Below are positions 51,850-63,420 of a stretch of 64,000 nucleotides of DNA, piece after piece (the stretch's first letter is position 1; the number at the start of each line of letters is the position of its first letter). Origin of the DNA: Botryllus schlosseri (Eukaryota); contig CM119373.1 in assembly GCA_051294905.1 (NCBI GenBank), forward strand, positions 31,558,001 to 31,622,000, in the 5' to 3' direction. Both the position numbers and the translations under genes were made by a program. The notes beneath the pieces are model-generated. The model did not search any database and was not told the DNA's origin. It saw only the letters and a list, made by a program, of their open reading frames with translations.

Positions 51850-53829
51850 TTGATTTTACCGACGATACGGCGACTGAAGTACCCGATGGGGCTACCGACT
51901 CAGGAACAATGTACGGAGATTTGACGTCTGCAGTGACGATCGTAGATGATGATACTTCGGTCACAAATGCAGACGATTATAACGAAGAGACCACTGCTAT
52001 AATGGAAACCGACAATCCATCAACGCCAGAACAAAATGTTGAAGACGGAACAGGCACTGTTGATACGTCTGATGAGACTGAACCCACAGCTACAGAACTC
52101 CCCAACAATAACGAAACCGTTTCGGACACAGCAATGGACACCAGAACTGTCATTTCTGATACTGAAAACTCTGACGTTACGGAATCCGACAACACCACAA
52201 TCGAAGATGATGATGATTCATTCACTACAGCATCATCCTCTGATGATTCTGAAGATACCACTGTAGAAAGCACCATAACACCGGTGTCAACAGACGGAGA
52301 TATACCCACAACTGAATCTGATTCACAAGGTACTGAGCAGGACACATCGGCGATGTCATTAACAACTAATGATGTGGATATTGAACCGACAAATGCAATG
52401 TCAACTGAAGCCTATGATTTTGGAGGAACCACAGAGGAAAACACCCCAGAGACGACAGTGCCAACTGAAAATAGCGTGCCCACAACTACATCGAATACTG
52501 ATGAAGGTGTAGAACCGACAAATGAAACTTCAACTGAAGCAGATGATCTTGTAGGTACCACAGAAGAAAACACCCCGGAGACGACAGAAGCAACTGACAA
52601 TGATGAGCCCACAACTACATCTACTGCTGATTCAGACAACACTGATCAAAGCACATCAACAATGTCATCGACTACTGATGCAGTTATTGAACCGACAAAT
52701 GAAACTTCGACCAATGAAAACACCGCAACCCCAGAGACGACAGTGCCCACCGACGGGGATATTCCCACAACTACATCTGCTGCTGATCAAGACACATCAA
52801 CAACAATGTCATCCACAACTAGTGCAGATATTGAAAGTACTAATGCGATGTCAACAACGGTCGAGTCCGATGTTACAATTGATAATGAAGTCATAACGAT
52901 GTCAACCACGGAAGGATACAATCAAACTGTAGCGACGGAATCAAGTCAAACTAGATCCTCCACCGACCCCACTGGTGACATCCAAACCACAGCTGCATCC
53001 ACCTATAGAATGACGACAGAAGACAATCAGTCCGGGACTATGGCTTCAACAGATATGGATAATCAAACTGGACCAGTCTCCACTCCCACTGATGACATCG
53101 AAACCAGTGCTGCGTCCACCACTGTAATGATTACAGAAGGCAACCAGCCTGAGACTATGACTACTACAGAATCAGGCAATCTAACAAGATATGTCACCAC
53201 TACCACTGATGATATCGAATCCACTGCTTCATCTACCACTGCAATGGTTACAAGAGGCAATCAGTACGAGACTATGGCTTCAACAGGCATGGACAATCAA
53301 ACAAGATCTGTCACCGATCCCACTGACGATATCGAAACCACTTCCGTAACCACTACTGTAATGGTTACAAGAGGCAATCAGTCTGGGACAATGTCTTCAA
53401 CAGGCATGGACAATCAAACCAGACCTGTCACAAATCCCACTGATGATATCCAAACCACTGCTGCGTTCACCACAGTAATGATTTCAAAAAGCACTGGTGA
53501 TGTTATCAGCACCACTGATGTATCAACTGCTACTGTGGTCACACCTACTACTGTTTTGGCAACGACACGTATCACAGACTTGACTGGACAATCCACAATC
53601 GTGGCAAGTACTGCGAGCACTACCACTACTGACATAACTACCAGCCCAATGAGTACTCCTGAGAGAACTACAATCGCTGTCAGTGCTCCTGACATGACTA
53701 CATCTACTGCGAGCACTCGTGACACGGCTACAACCACTGCAAGTGCTCCTGACACAGCCACTACCACTACTATTACCGCAAGTACCCCTGACACAACGAC
53801 ACAGTCTACTGCCCCTCAACAAAATGACA
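51850..53829 (+). CDS. Exon 3: 660-aa Thr/Asp/Glu-rich mucin-like region
   Basis: Lies within the 672-aa ORF. gtcgtttcag acceptor, gtaagt donor, 1980 nt, phase 1-1, with internal tandem repeats. Confidence 0.92.
52935..53490 (+). repeat. Five ~117-bp (39-aa) coding tandem repeats
   Basis: Unit TGMDNQTRSVTDPTDDIETTSVTTTVMVTRGNQSGTMSS; caacaggcatggacaatcaaac occurs at 53281 and 53398. Confidence 0.9.
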
Positions 53830-54686
53830 GTAAGTTATTTTAAATGCTTTAATGAGAGGAGATAGTTTATTACGTGAGATTTTGACTCTTTTTAAATATA
53901 GCGCCTAGATAGGCCAGTTAGTGATAAAGCAAGTTTAAGTCAACTGGGTAACATTAGTTGTATTTATTTTCGCAAACATGATCGGGATCTTGTGCAGGTT
54001 TTTGGGTTAGGAATTGGATCTAGACTCTTGTTATTTGAAAACAACCCATTCCGAACTACAGTTCACCAACGCTGAAAAATTTCAATCTGGGAATGATTCT
54101 TTCTTTATTGGCTTACTGTAAAAGCTCTGAAATTCCTGTCACCCTTTTGTACGATTGCAATGTATGACAGCGTTCCTCATTCCAATTATCGACCAGATTT
54201 TGTGGATTGCAGTTTGATGTTAAGCGCTGCTTGATGACATCATCTATTTATGCTCCAGTGGCCGTCTAAAGATGGATATGTAATTCCTTTCAGCTGTCTT
54301 CTCAGCGGCGGAAACTGTTTTACGATTGCGGTTTCTAAAATTGGATCGTAACCCCTCCAAATTTGATCTCATACCCTGTAATTTGTTTCGTGTCTGAAGT
54401 AGCCTATCACTCTCCATTGCTAAATATTGTGAATTGGTGAATTAGTAGCCTAAGTAGTAAGGAAGTACCGTAACTCTGTCTACTAATTTGTATCCGTATA
54501 ACTAATAACTTTTTGACAATCGCTAGGTGATACGAGCCCTGGAAGTTACAACTTGCTAATGTAGCATTGGCGGTCTTATACTGAGCTCACGCATGTTGTA
54601 ATTTTGTAGGTAACGGTGTAACACTTGTAGATTTGACACAACAATGTAATTTTCTTGATTCAATGATTAAATATGCCTCTTTTCAG

Positions 54687-54865
54687 TTTGCACATTGGAG
54701 AACATCCAAGTTCGAGAAGCTGACACCATCGCATCGCCCAACTATCCACAGAATTACGGTGGGAATCGGAACTGCATGATCCAGCTTCAGAACCCCGACT
54801 CTTGTGGCCGTATTTCGATTACGTTGGAAAGATTGAGGACTGAATTTCCTTATGATACTTTGCAG
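54687..54865 (+). CDS. Exon 4: CUB domain, N-half
   Basis: CTLENIQVREADTIASPNYPQNYGGNRNCMIQLQNPDSCGRISITLERLRTEFPYDTLQ has the CUB SPNYP..Y and YD.L motifs. Phase 1-0. Confidence 0.92.
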
Positions 54866-55240
54866 GTCGAGCCATAGTTTATTTAGAAGTGATTACCAGC
54901 TGATTTCAATGAATGTATGCATAGGTAAAATTGAGCTTATTTTCCAGTACCGGTAATGCTGATTTTTCAGAAGTAGTGACTTTTTTTCAGGTTTGTTCAG
55001 TAACCACGTACTTATGCTATTTCCGAGTGTTCAGAGTACAGAGTATGGTTGATGTACAAACAAGGTTCTTTCCAATTCTCTTAGTTGCTGACGATATTAA
55101 AAGATATTCTGATATATTTTCATATTAATATATTCTTCAAATGCGTATTGAAGTTTTGTACTTCTTCAGTCTTGAAATGACACTGGAATTTTACAGTATA
55201 TCGGCCGCAGTTAACATTGAATTTCATATTATCATGACAG

Positions 55241-55397
55241 ATTGACGGCATTGAAGGCGTTGAAGGCGGCGAGGCTAGGCTATCTGGGCTGGTCTCCAGG
55301 ACGACGTATTATTCCACAAGCGATACAATCACAATTCGTTTCGAGAGCAGCGCCAACACCCTTGGAGAGCAGGGATTCCAGCTGACATATGAGCCTG
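55241..55397 (+). CDS. Exon 5: CUB domain, C-half
   Basis: IDGIEGVEGGEARLSGLVSRTTYYSTSDTITIRFESSANTLGEQGFQLTYEP. Phase 0-1. Confidence 0.9.
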
Positions 55398-55855
55398 GTA
55401 TAAAGCGATTCCGCAACTTTCGGACTATTCTCAGATAGTAATGAGCCATGTTCCCAATGAACACTCATTTTTAATGACGTGTAGCTGGCATCACTTTGCT
55501 TGTGGCACCGGAAAGATACATATCGGAACTTTGCAACACATAATTGCTGTTGCTGTCCAAGTGGTCTGTATATTTTGATGATGCTGTCTCCAATCATTCT
55601 CGCTTTTTCTACGAAGTGTTCTCATATCCATTGAATATGACACTAGTGTACAATGTACACTGTACATGTACATTTCGATACGTCTGAATTGCTTGTAAAT
55701 ATGCAAGACATTATTTAAGATGTAGGCCTATTACAGTCACATTCATTTGATGCCAATTATCTATCAGATGCACATTGATGTTGTGTTTTGCAGTCACCTT
55801 GCTTAAGCTTTGCGCAGTAGCTATTCGCGTTGTTTGATACGCAACTCCATTTCAG

Positions 55856-55996
55856 TTACGAACGAATGCGAGTGCTCTAATCCTTGCGGAAATCATTCCA
55901 CGTGCTCCTATTCGGCGGGAAAAACAACATGCGAATGCGATTGTGGTTACAGTCATGTGGACATGCAGGACGGTAGCAAGCCTGGTAGTAATTGCG
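55856..55996 (+). CDS. Exon 6: EGF-like module with 8 Cys
   Basis: TNECECSNPCGNHSTCSYSAGKTTCECDCGYSHVDMQDGSKPGSNC. ttcag acceptor, gtaagt donor, phase 1-1. Confidence 0.9.
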
Positions 55997-56269
55997 GTAA
56001 GTACTGGTACCTATCATTTTCGTTGAGATGTTTTCAGAGACTACCGGATTTATCTCCTACTCCAAAAACAAGTGGAGACTAAGATATGAATTGGCGATCA
56101 GCGGCATGACCGTTAATTCATTAGGCCAGCTGGTCTCAGCATACCATCATATATAGGTCTATAGCCTATGTCATTAATTTGAATATAATATGTTATAAAA
56201 AGTATAATGCAGTAATATGTATAACATTGTATTTAAATGTGATATGTCAATCAAACTAGATGTCACTAA

Positions 56270-56751
56270 CAGGGTTGCAACCGAGTCATAAGGTTTCGAG
56301 TCACAAGTCGATCTCACTGTTATAGTTTTGACTCGAGTCAAGTCTGAGTCCGAGTCAGTGAGTAGAGGGCCGAGTCTGAGTCGTGGTGTTTTGACCCGAG
56401 TCCACGTCATTATGTTCACTGTTAAGTTGTCTATTCCAACCGGTACAACCCACTTTTTTCAACTCATCTCATCTGTGATTTTTCTCAGTCTTTAACAGTT
56501 TCTGGCCTTATTTTCTAAGTACCAGGACTGATAGACCCAATACCAATAATGTTGTAACTTTACTATTTTTTTGAAATTACAATGAAATGTCTGTCTTCGC
56601 CGTGGTAGTCTCGAGTCGTATGACTACAAGTCGCGTCAATAAACAGATTGACTCGAGTCGAGTCACTTTACACATTTAAGAAAATGACTCGAGTCAGGTC
56701 GACTCACCAAAAAATCGTGATTGTCGTCCGACTCGAGTCATTACAACCCTG
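56270..56751. mobile_element. hAT-type MITE family E (GACTCGAGTC repeats)
   Basis: TIRs cagggttgcaa/ttacaaccctg. TSD gtcactaa/gttactat (6/8). Confidence 0.88.
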
Positions 56752-57036
56752 GTTACTATACAGCGTAAAAATGTAGTAAAGATTGAGATGTTTTTATATA
56801 TTAAGTCTTGGGTCATTAAATGACCCTCAAACTGTTCCCCAAGAGTTTTGCTCATAATAAGGCAATAGATCTCTATGTTACCAAATACGCTCGTGGGTGT
56901 GGTTACATATAGTCAAAATACGGCACACACTAAGATTCTTTCGTATATTAGAGTGGTTACTGTTGCTATGTGTGAATGAAAATACAATTTGGCCACAATT
57001 ACAAATTAGAACCTGACTCGCATTGTCTCAAGAGAG

Positions 57037-58175
57037 CAGGGTTTTAATGACTCGAGTCCAATTCCAGTTTCTGAAGACTCGACTTGACTTGAGTCATTTT
57101 CCCAAAATACCCAAATCACTCGACTCGAGTCAATCTATGTCATCGAGGAATTGAGCATGACTCGGAACAAGTCATATGACTCGAGTCTCAGACGGTTGAG
57201 ACCGACATTTCACTGTAATTTCGAAGAATAGTAAAGTAACCACACTGTTAGCAGGGTTGTAACCAAGTCACAAGGCTCCGAGTCACAAGTCAATCTCACT
57301 TTTATATTTTTGACTCGAGTCAAGTCGAGTCATTTTCAATTCCCACCGAGTCAAGTCCGAGTCCAAGTCAGCGAACAGAGGATCGAATCCGAGTCATGGT
57401 ATTATGACTCGAGTCCGAGTCCAAGTCATTGTGTTGACTGCTCAGTTTCCAGTTAAAGTCATCCTAAACCCACTTTTTATAACTCTGTATGGTGATATTG
57501 AATGGTTCGCATTAATAATATATCAATTTTCCTCACTTTTAGCAGTTTCTGGTCCCATTTTCAAGCACCAGTACCAACAAACGAAATCGCAATAGTGTGT
57601 TGGCTTCGAAATTACAATGAAACGTCGGTCTTGGCCGTCTGAATCTCGAGTCAATGACTTGCTTCGAGTCATGCGCAATGACTCGAGTCCAAGTCGAGTC
57701 AATAAACAGACTGACTCGAGTCGAGTCGAGTCATCTCCGTATTTTGAGAAAATGACTCGAGTCGAGTCGAGTCATCCGAAAATCGTGACTCGAGTCGGAC
57801 TCGAGTCGAGTCATGACTCGAGTCATTACAACCCTGACTGTTAGCATGTCACCTGTTGGTACTGGTACTTGAAAATACGACCAGAACTGTTAAAAGTGAG
57901 GAACATTATTATATTTTAAATGCTAACCATTCGATATCACCAAAAAGTGTCATAAAAAATGCTTTTAACAAGCCTTCAACTCGAAACTGAGCAGTCAACA
58001 CAATGACTTGGTCTCGGACTAGAGTCTTATAACCATGACTTGGACTTGACCCTCTGCTTGCTGACTTGGACTTGACTCGGAGGTGTATTAAAAATGACTC
58101 GACGTGACTCGAGTCAAAACTATAAAAGTGAGAATAACTTGTGACTCAGAGCCTTGTGACTTGGTTACAATCCTG
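57037..58175. mobile_element. Family E copy in reverse orientation, split by another family E copy
   Basis: Ends cagggttttaa/ttacaatcctg. TSD caagagag/caagagcc (6/8). Confidence 0.85.
57252..57836. mobile_element. Family E MITE nested in its own family
   Basis: TIRs cagggttgtaa/ttacaaccctg and perfect TSD actgttag. Confidence 0.93.
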
Positions 58176-58330
58176 CAAGAGCCTAGAACAAAACACTGTA
58201 TCCATGTAGGCTACTGTTTGCGTACTATATTCAGTTCCATTTACTGGAAGCGAAGCATATTGTGTAGGTGTTGGCCTATTCAAGTTGCTCCAGCATGATC
58301 TAGACAGCTTTCAATTGTATGTGATTTTAG

Positions 58331-58453
58331 ATCTTGACGAATGTACGATTGGTACGGATGATTGCGACCAGATATGCACAAACAAAGTCGACGACTATTC
58401 TTGCTCTTGCGATGAAGGTTTTACTTGGAATAGTGATGAAAGGAAATGTGAAG
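58331..58453 (+). CDS. Exon 7: calcium-binding EGF domain
   Basis: DLDECTIGTDDCDQICTNKVDDYSCSCDEGFTWNSDERKCE matches the D-x-D-E-C...C-x-N cbEGF consensus. Phase 1-1. Confidence 0.93.
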
Positions 58454-58956
58454 GTGAGTAATGTCTTCCATATTACAGAAAAACTATCCGTTTTTTGCAG
58501 TTAATCGGTGCTGGCTAGTTTTATGCAGAAATATTTTCGATAATGACCGCGGCGGTTGAATCCTAGGTAACGGCTTCACCAAACAATTAGACCGTAGTGT
58601 CCTATATGGTGTGGACACAAGCAAATCTTGTGGCTCAGTGAAATAGGTTTACGTCACTCTTTCCATTTGGTTAAAAGCAATTTGAATGTAATTTTTGATC
58701 CGGTTGCCAAGCATTAAATTTGATAAAATGATATCAATCGAAAGCTACCGCGGTACTGATAGCGAAAATATAAATTTTATTCTGCTCGTGGTCCCGGAAC
58801 CCCCCAAAACCAGCCTGGAATGTTGCATTGTAACGGATTTTGGTATTGTGACGAAACCATGCCGTCTGAGCAGGTCAGGAGCAAGTGCGTAAGAGAGTGA
58901 GAGTGTGAATGCTCAATCGGTTGCGTAACAATGGCTGATACGCTTGCGGTTTGCGC

Positions 58957-60284
58957 CAGGGGCGTATCCAGAGCGCGAAAAAGGGGGGGTTTTGCGTTAC
59001 GAAATTGGCTATTGTGACGTCATCATTACGATCACTCGTCTCCACGCCATGGCGAATATTTAATATATTATAGTTTAATAATAAACAGAGATTTGCGGTG
59101 AGTGGGAGATGTACGAATACGATACGGACATTGCCTGAAAATCGCGTTTCTTTTACGGTATGATTGAAAGAAATTCGTAAATGCTCACATTTAGTCATGA
59201 GCTGGCAAACGCCGCCCGTCTTCAAGCGCCTAGTTCCGGTCAGAGATGCGCGATTTTGTTGGGTATCGACGATATTATGCGCACGGTCGGTAGTATCGCA
59301 GCGGACGAACAAGCGCGGAATAGGGCGGTAGCATAAACGAGGGCGATCGCGATCGCCACAGCGAGGTGTGGTGTGAACAGTGTACGTCGTACACGAATGT
59401 GTGCTTTTCGATGGCTTTACTAGCCATACGGCTGAGCGTGTAGTACGCGCGAAGATAATTAGACCTTAATTTGCAAGCACGCAAGTCAGTCAACTAATAC
59501 AGAGTACACACTGGGATAATAACTTGATCGACAGAGAAACTTGTCAGCGGATATAATTAGGTTAACTTTACTACTAGGCCTACTCTATTCTCCCGTTCGG
59601 CGACAACATAGGCCTGTATTTGGACGACAGCAAGCCACCTAACAATCGGGAACGTAGATTGCTAGGCTTGTATTTTGAAATGTGAATGTCAATCCTAGGC
59701 CATTTCTCGCCAATAATCGCGAATACAACGTGGATTTGAGAATAGCATTGTCGTACTGGTGCCGTCGTGTCTGCGTCTCGCTGATCAAACAACACGCCGC
59801 GTGCAATTCTTAATTAGGATTTCAAGGCGAGCAGGTGCAGCGAATTCGCGAGCAATGTTGATTGCCGACAACTTCGTCTTTGCAATTACGTATCGCGTCG
59901 GCCAATTAGATTAGATTTTCCTAAAATGCGTCTCTCGTTTTAGCAAGGCGAGAGAGAAATCGAGGGAAGAAAGTTGAGAACGTCAGCAATTGCCACAGCT
60001 GAAATGTAGCTGAACAAGCGCAGAATTCGTATGGAATTAGCGAATTATAATGACCTATTTTATCCTTTCGACTAATTCGGCGCATAATTCCAATATTTTG
60101 TAGGGGTGTTAGTCCCCTTAAATAACATTAAGACACCATATTCGCCTTCTCATACGTAAAAACGAATATGTTAAACTAACAAATTAGCAAATATTAGAGG
60201 CTATATTTGACATCAATTTTTAGGATTTTGAAAAGGGGGGGGGGGGTTCCGACCCCCTAAAACCCCCCCCTGGATACGCCACTG
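58957..60284. mobile_element. hAT-type non-autonomous element, 1328 bp
   Basis: TIRs caggggcgtatccag/ctggatacgccactg and perfect TSD gtttgcgc. Confidence 0.9.
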
Positions 60285-60642
60285 GTTTGCGCTGCTTCTC
60301 ACCTGCTCCCACCTGTGTTTGTTAAATATTGCATATTTATATGAGTTCTATTCATTTTGGCGTCATCGGTTGACGAAATAAATCTCTCTCTCTCTCTCTC
60401 TTAGTGGAACGGAGTTAATAATTTCAGTAGGCCAACCGTACTGGTAAAAATAGCCTGCCACTACTTGGGTCAAATCATTTGAATTATTACTCGATTCAGT
60501 TTCGAGTACTCGTATCATTTTGCCCGGTTGTAACCGTAAATAAGCCTACTATTCAACATGCAAGATGCTGTTGGCCGTTGATTATATACCAATGAAGCTG
60601 GCAGCTTGTTAACTGCAGCTTATCGACTCTTTCTTTCTCTAG

Positions 60643-60797
60643 CGGACTTCCCATACCAAAGGTCGACTTGCCAGGGCGGCATTGCGTATTACGACGCGTC
60701 TCAAAGAGTGCAGTGCAAGTGTCCCAAGTATTACGTGGCGAACGGGTTTACATGTGTTCTGGCCGGAGGTGACTTGGGCGCTTCCACATGCTCTGAC
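60643..60797 (+). CDS. Exon 8: 4-Cys EGF-like module plus the start of a second
   Basis: DFPYQRSTCQGGIAYYDASQRVQCKCPKYYVANGFTCVLAGGDLGASTCSD. Pyrimidine-rich acceptor, gtaagt donor, phase 1-0. Confidence 0.88.
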
Positions 60798-60969
60798 GTA
60801 AGTATGCCTTAGATTCTTTGCAGCATACTTTTACAACTGGATACTTTTAGTTGTCTAATTAGACTGCTAAGAGCTTAAATGCCGGAATTCTAATTCTTAT
60901 CTAATTTGTTACATGTTTCTGTTCTCTAATTTACGGTTTCCCTGAAAATGCTACTGGAGAACTGTATAG

Positions 60970-61620
60970 TAGGGCTCTTCAAAAATGGCTTTTTTTCTCA
61001 AATCGTACTGGATACTTGATAAAATTGTTAGGTTACCTAATTTAGGCTTACACACAAAATTTGGTCCAATTCCAACCAGTAACCGCTTTGCTACAGGAGA
61101 AGAAAGTTTCTGTTTATTATATAAAATAAATGATGAAAAATTTGGAAATTTTCTGTTCACCCCATGAAAGTGTTAGGCTGTCTGTAGAAACGTTGCCCAC
61201 CAAATTTGGTTCTATTCCAACCAGTGGAAGCGGAGTTATTGCCGTCGAAAAATTTTGATTTGAATAAAATAATATTTACGGTGAGCACAACTATAATAAA
61301 TAAACAAAGAATCGGTCAACGTAAATACTATTTTATTCAAATCCAAATTTTTCGATGGCAATAACTCCGCTTCCACTGGTTGGAATTGAACCAAATTTGG
61401 TGAACATTGTTTCTATAGACAACCTAACACTTTCATGGGGTGAACAAATTTTTTGTTATTTATTTTTATATAATAAATAAAAACTTTCTTCTCTTGTAGC
61501 AAAGCGGTTACTGGTTGGAATTGAACCAAATTTTGTGTGTAGGCTTAAATTAGGTAACCTAATAATTTTATCAAGTAGCCAGTACGATTTGAGAAAAAAA
61601 GTCATTTTTGAAGAGCCCTA
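60970..61620. mobile_element. Foldback hAT-type element with ~300-bp inverted arms and a 39-bp spacer
   Basis: Arm 60970-61280 is the near-perfect reverse complement of 61320-61620. Perfect TSD ctgtatag. Confidence 0.93.
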
Positions 61621-62241
61621 CTGTATAGTGCAGTGATTCTTAACCTATTTAACACTCATACCCACGAGCTTTCAATAAAATTTTCGTAGCCCCTGTACAT
61701 TTTCAACGCAACTAAATTGGAATTTGAAAAAAACCATTGGCGTAAATCGCGCCTACTGCGACGAGAATTCTTCAGTTCAATGAATCTGCCGGAAAATATT
61801 GCACTTTATATTGATTTGTAAAATAATAGGCCTAATTCCGAAATACATCTCGTCGCCTAGATTTGATGCTTGGTACCGCAAGGGTGTCCAACTGTCCACG
61901 GACTCCGGGTTAAAAACCCACGGTGCGACATGGGCCAAGGATTTTTGCACGGAGGTTTGCTATTCTCGGGCTTATGAGTATGAATACAGACCTGATATGA
62001 ACTGAATTTTATTTTTGTTTGTTTTGAATTCTGTGGTTTTATTTTGATTTAAATAACTCAAGCGTAACGGGGTTTGATTTCAAAATATCAAATCCTCATC
62101 GCCGGGATCAACCTGATGTTTTTTTTTGTGTGGTCACTCAACGGTCTGGTGGTTTTCACACGATATAATTGGCAGAGTGCTACGCTTAGCTATGCGACCA
62201 ATTTCTCGAAATAACTACCGGTACGCTTTTTGTCCTGACAG

Positions 62242-62321
62242 GGTTTGCGATCACTGCCAGTTTCACCTGGATTCAAATGCACTTGTCCGACGGGATTTAG
62301 TTTATCCAGTGTCAGCAACAA
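62242..62321 (+). CDS. Exon 9: middle of the second 4-Cys EGF-like module
   Basis: GLRSLPVSPGFKCTCPTGFSLSSVSN. Phase 0-2, exactly bridging exons 8 and 10; gtacgt donor. Confidence 0.82.
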
Positions 62322-63011
62322 GTACGTTGTTTACTATATACTTTCTTTCATGGCTACATTTATTGCAGCATAAGTTATTGAAATTGGGTGACTCTTCCGA
62401 CTCCCGCCTACCATGCTGTGACATTGCCGATATTTTTTACCTCAACGGCTGACACCGATATTTCTTTCAAAGTGCGCTATCGATTTGATGTTATCCGCGC
62501 CCCAAATTTGTCGGGCGCTAGTCATGACTGCCATATAGTTACCGGTACAGCTGACTGATTTTTAAAATTACATTGTACGTCAGACTATACCAAATTGGTT
62601 TTTTTCGTATATCCATTTATTGGCTTGTTATTGTGACATTACCTCTCGAGCAGTCTTCGAGTTCAAATAATTGACGCGTTGTGTAATAATTGCTAAAGAT
62701 ACGGCTGGCTAAGTCTTGGGTAGAACTGGGCAAAATGAATAGAACGATCAAACCTAAACGAGTATTTTTCATTTGCGATGATTCAAATCGAGTATTGCGA
62801 GACAAATCTCTCCAGTACTAAAATTATACTTCTCAGTCCTCTTGGAGTTTTATCATCAACGAGAATCGTAGTTTCGATACTTGCTTCGCAACTAGGAAGC
62901 CTAGAAACATTGGTGGGTCATATCTCAGGACCGAAAAGATTAGTGCAAAGCTAAGCACGTTAGGGGAAACCATATTGTCGCGGTGGTAATCAACACGCTG
63001 CATTATCTCAG

Positions 63012-63136
63012 CAAATGCTGTGTAAAGGAACAATGCACCGATGATACATGCAACGGTCGCGGTGAGTGTGCGGAAAGTGACGCAGGCCCGGTGTGTACAT
63101 GTGACAACACGTCCAAAGGCGACAGATGCCAAGACC
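63012..63136 (+). CDS. Exon 10: EGF-like domain
   Basis: KCCVKEQCTDDTCNGRGECAESDAGPVCTCDNTSKGDRCQD. Phase 2-1, gtgagt donor. Confidence 0.9.
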
Positions 63137-63420
63137 GTGAGTACTTGCTCATTTTATTGGGTCAATTCTCTATTTTTCGTTTTCTCCATTTTCTACGACT
63201 TACGCACGGGGTTATGTTACTTCTCTCTAACAGTATTTTAGTGAAATCTACTACAGCAGGCTGTAAAATAGGGGAGCATCGATTTTTCAAAGTTTTTAAA
63301 GGTGGGCACAGTGTAAAAAAGGTTTGGAACCCCTAGCCTATGTATTCCTGCTTGTATAGTAACTATATCGGTGCAGTGCGACTTTTCCCTTATCAACCGA
63401 TGTCACTTGTTGTTTTTCAG

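Noticed and set aside
51740-53822. Several minus-strand and alternate-frame ORFs of 65-126 aa over the mucin exon
   Set aside because: They are antisense or frame shadows of a low-complexity Thr-rich coding sequence.
56270-58175. Regularly recurring GACTCGAGTC units resembling a CRISPR or satellite array
   Set aside because: Spacing is irregular, there are no unique spacers or cas genes, and the units lie inside TIR/TSD-bounded MITEs.
62243-62275. Alternative frame of exon 9 reading VCDHCQF, suggesting a frameshifted 6-Cys EGF
   Set aside because: The phase 0-2 frame is open, joins both neighbours exactly, and reproduces the spacing of the preceding 4-Cys module. The alternative needs two compensating indels.
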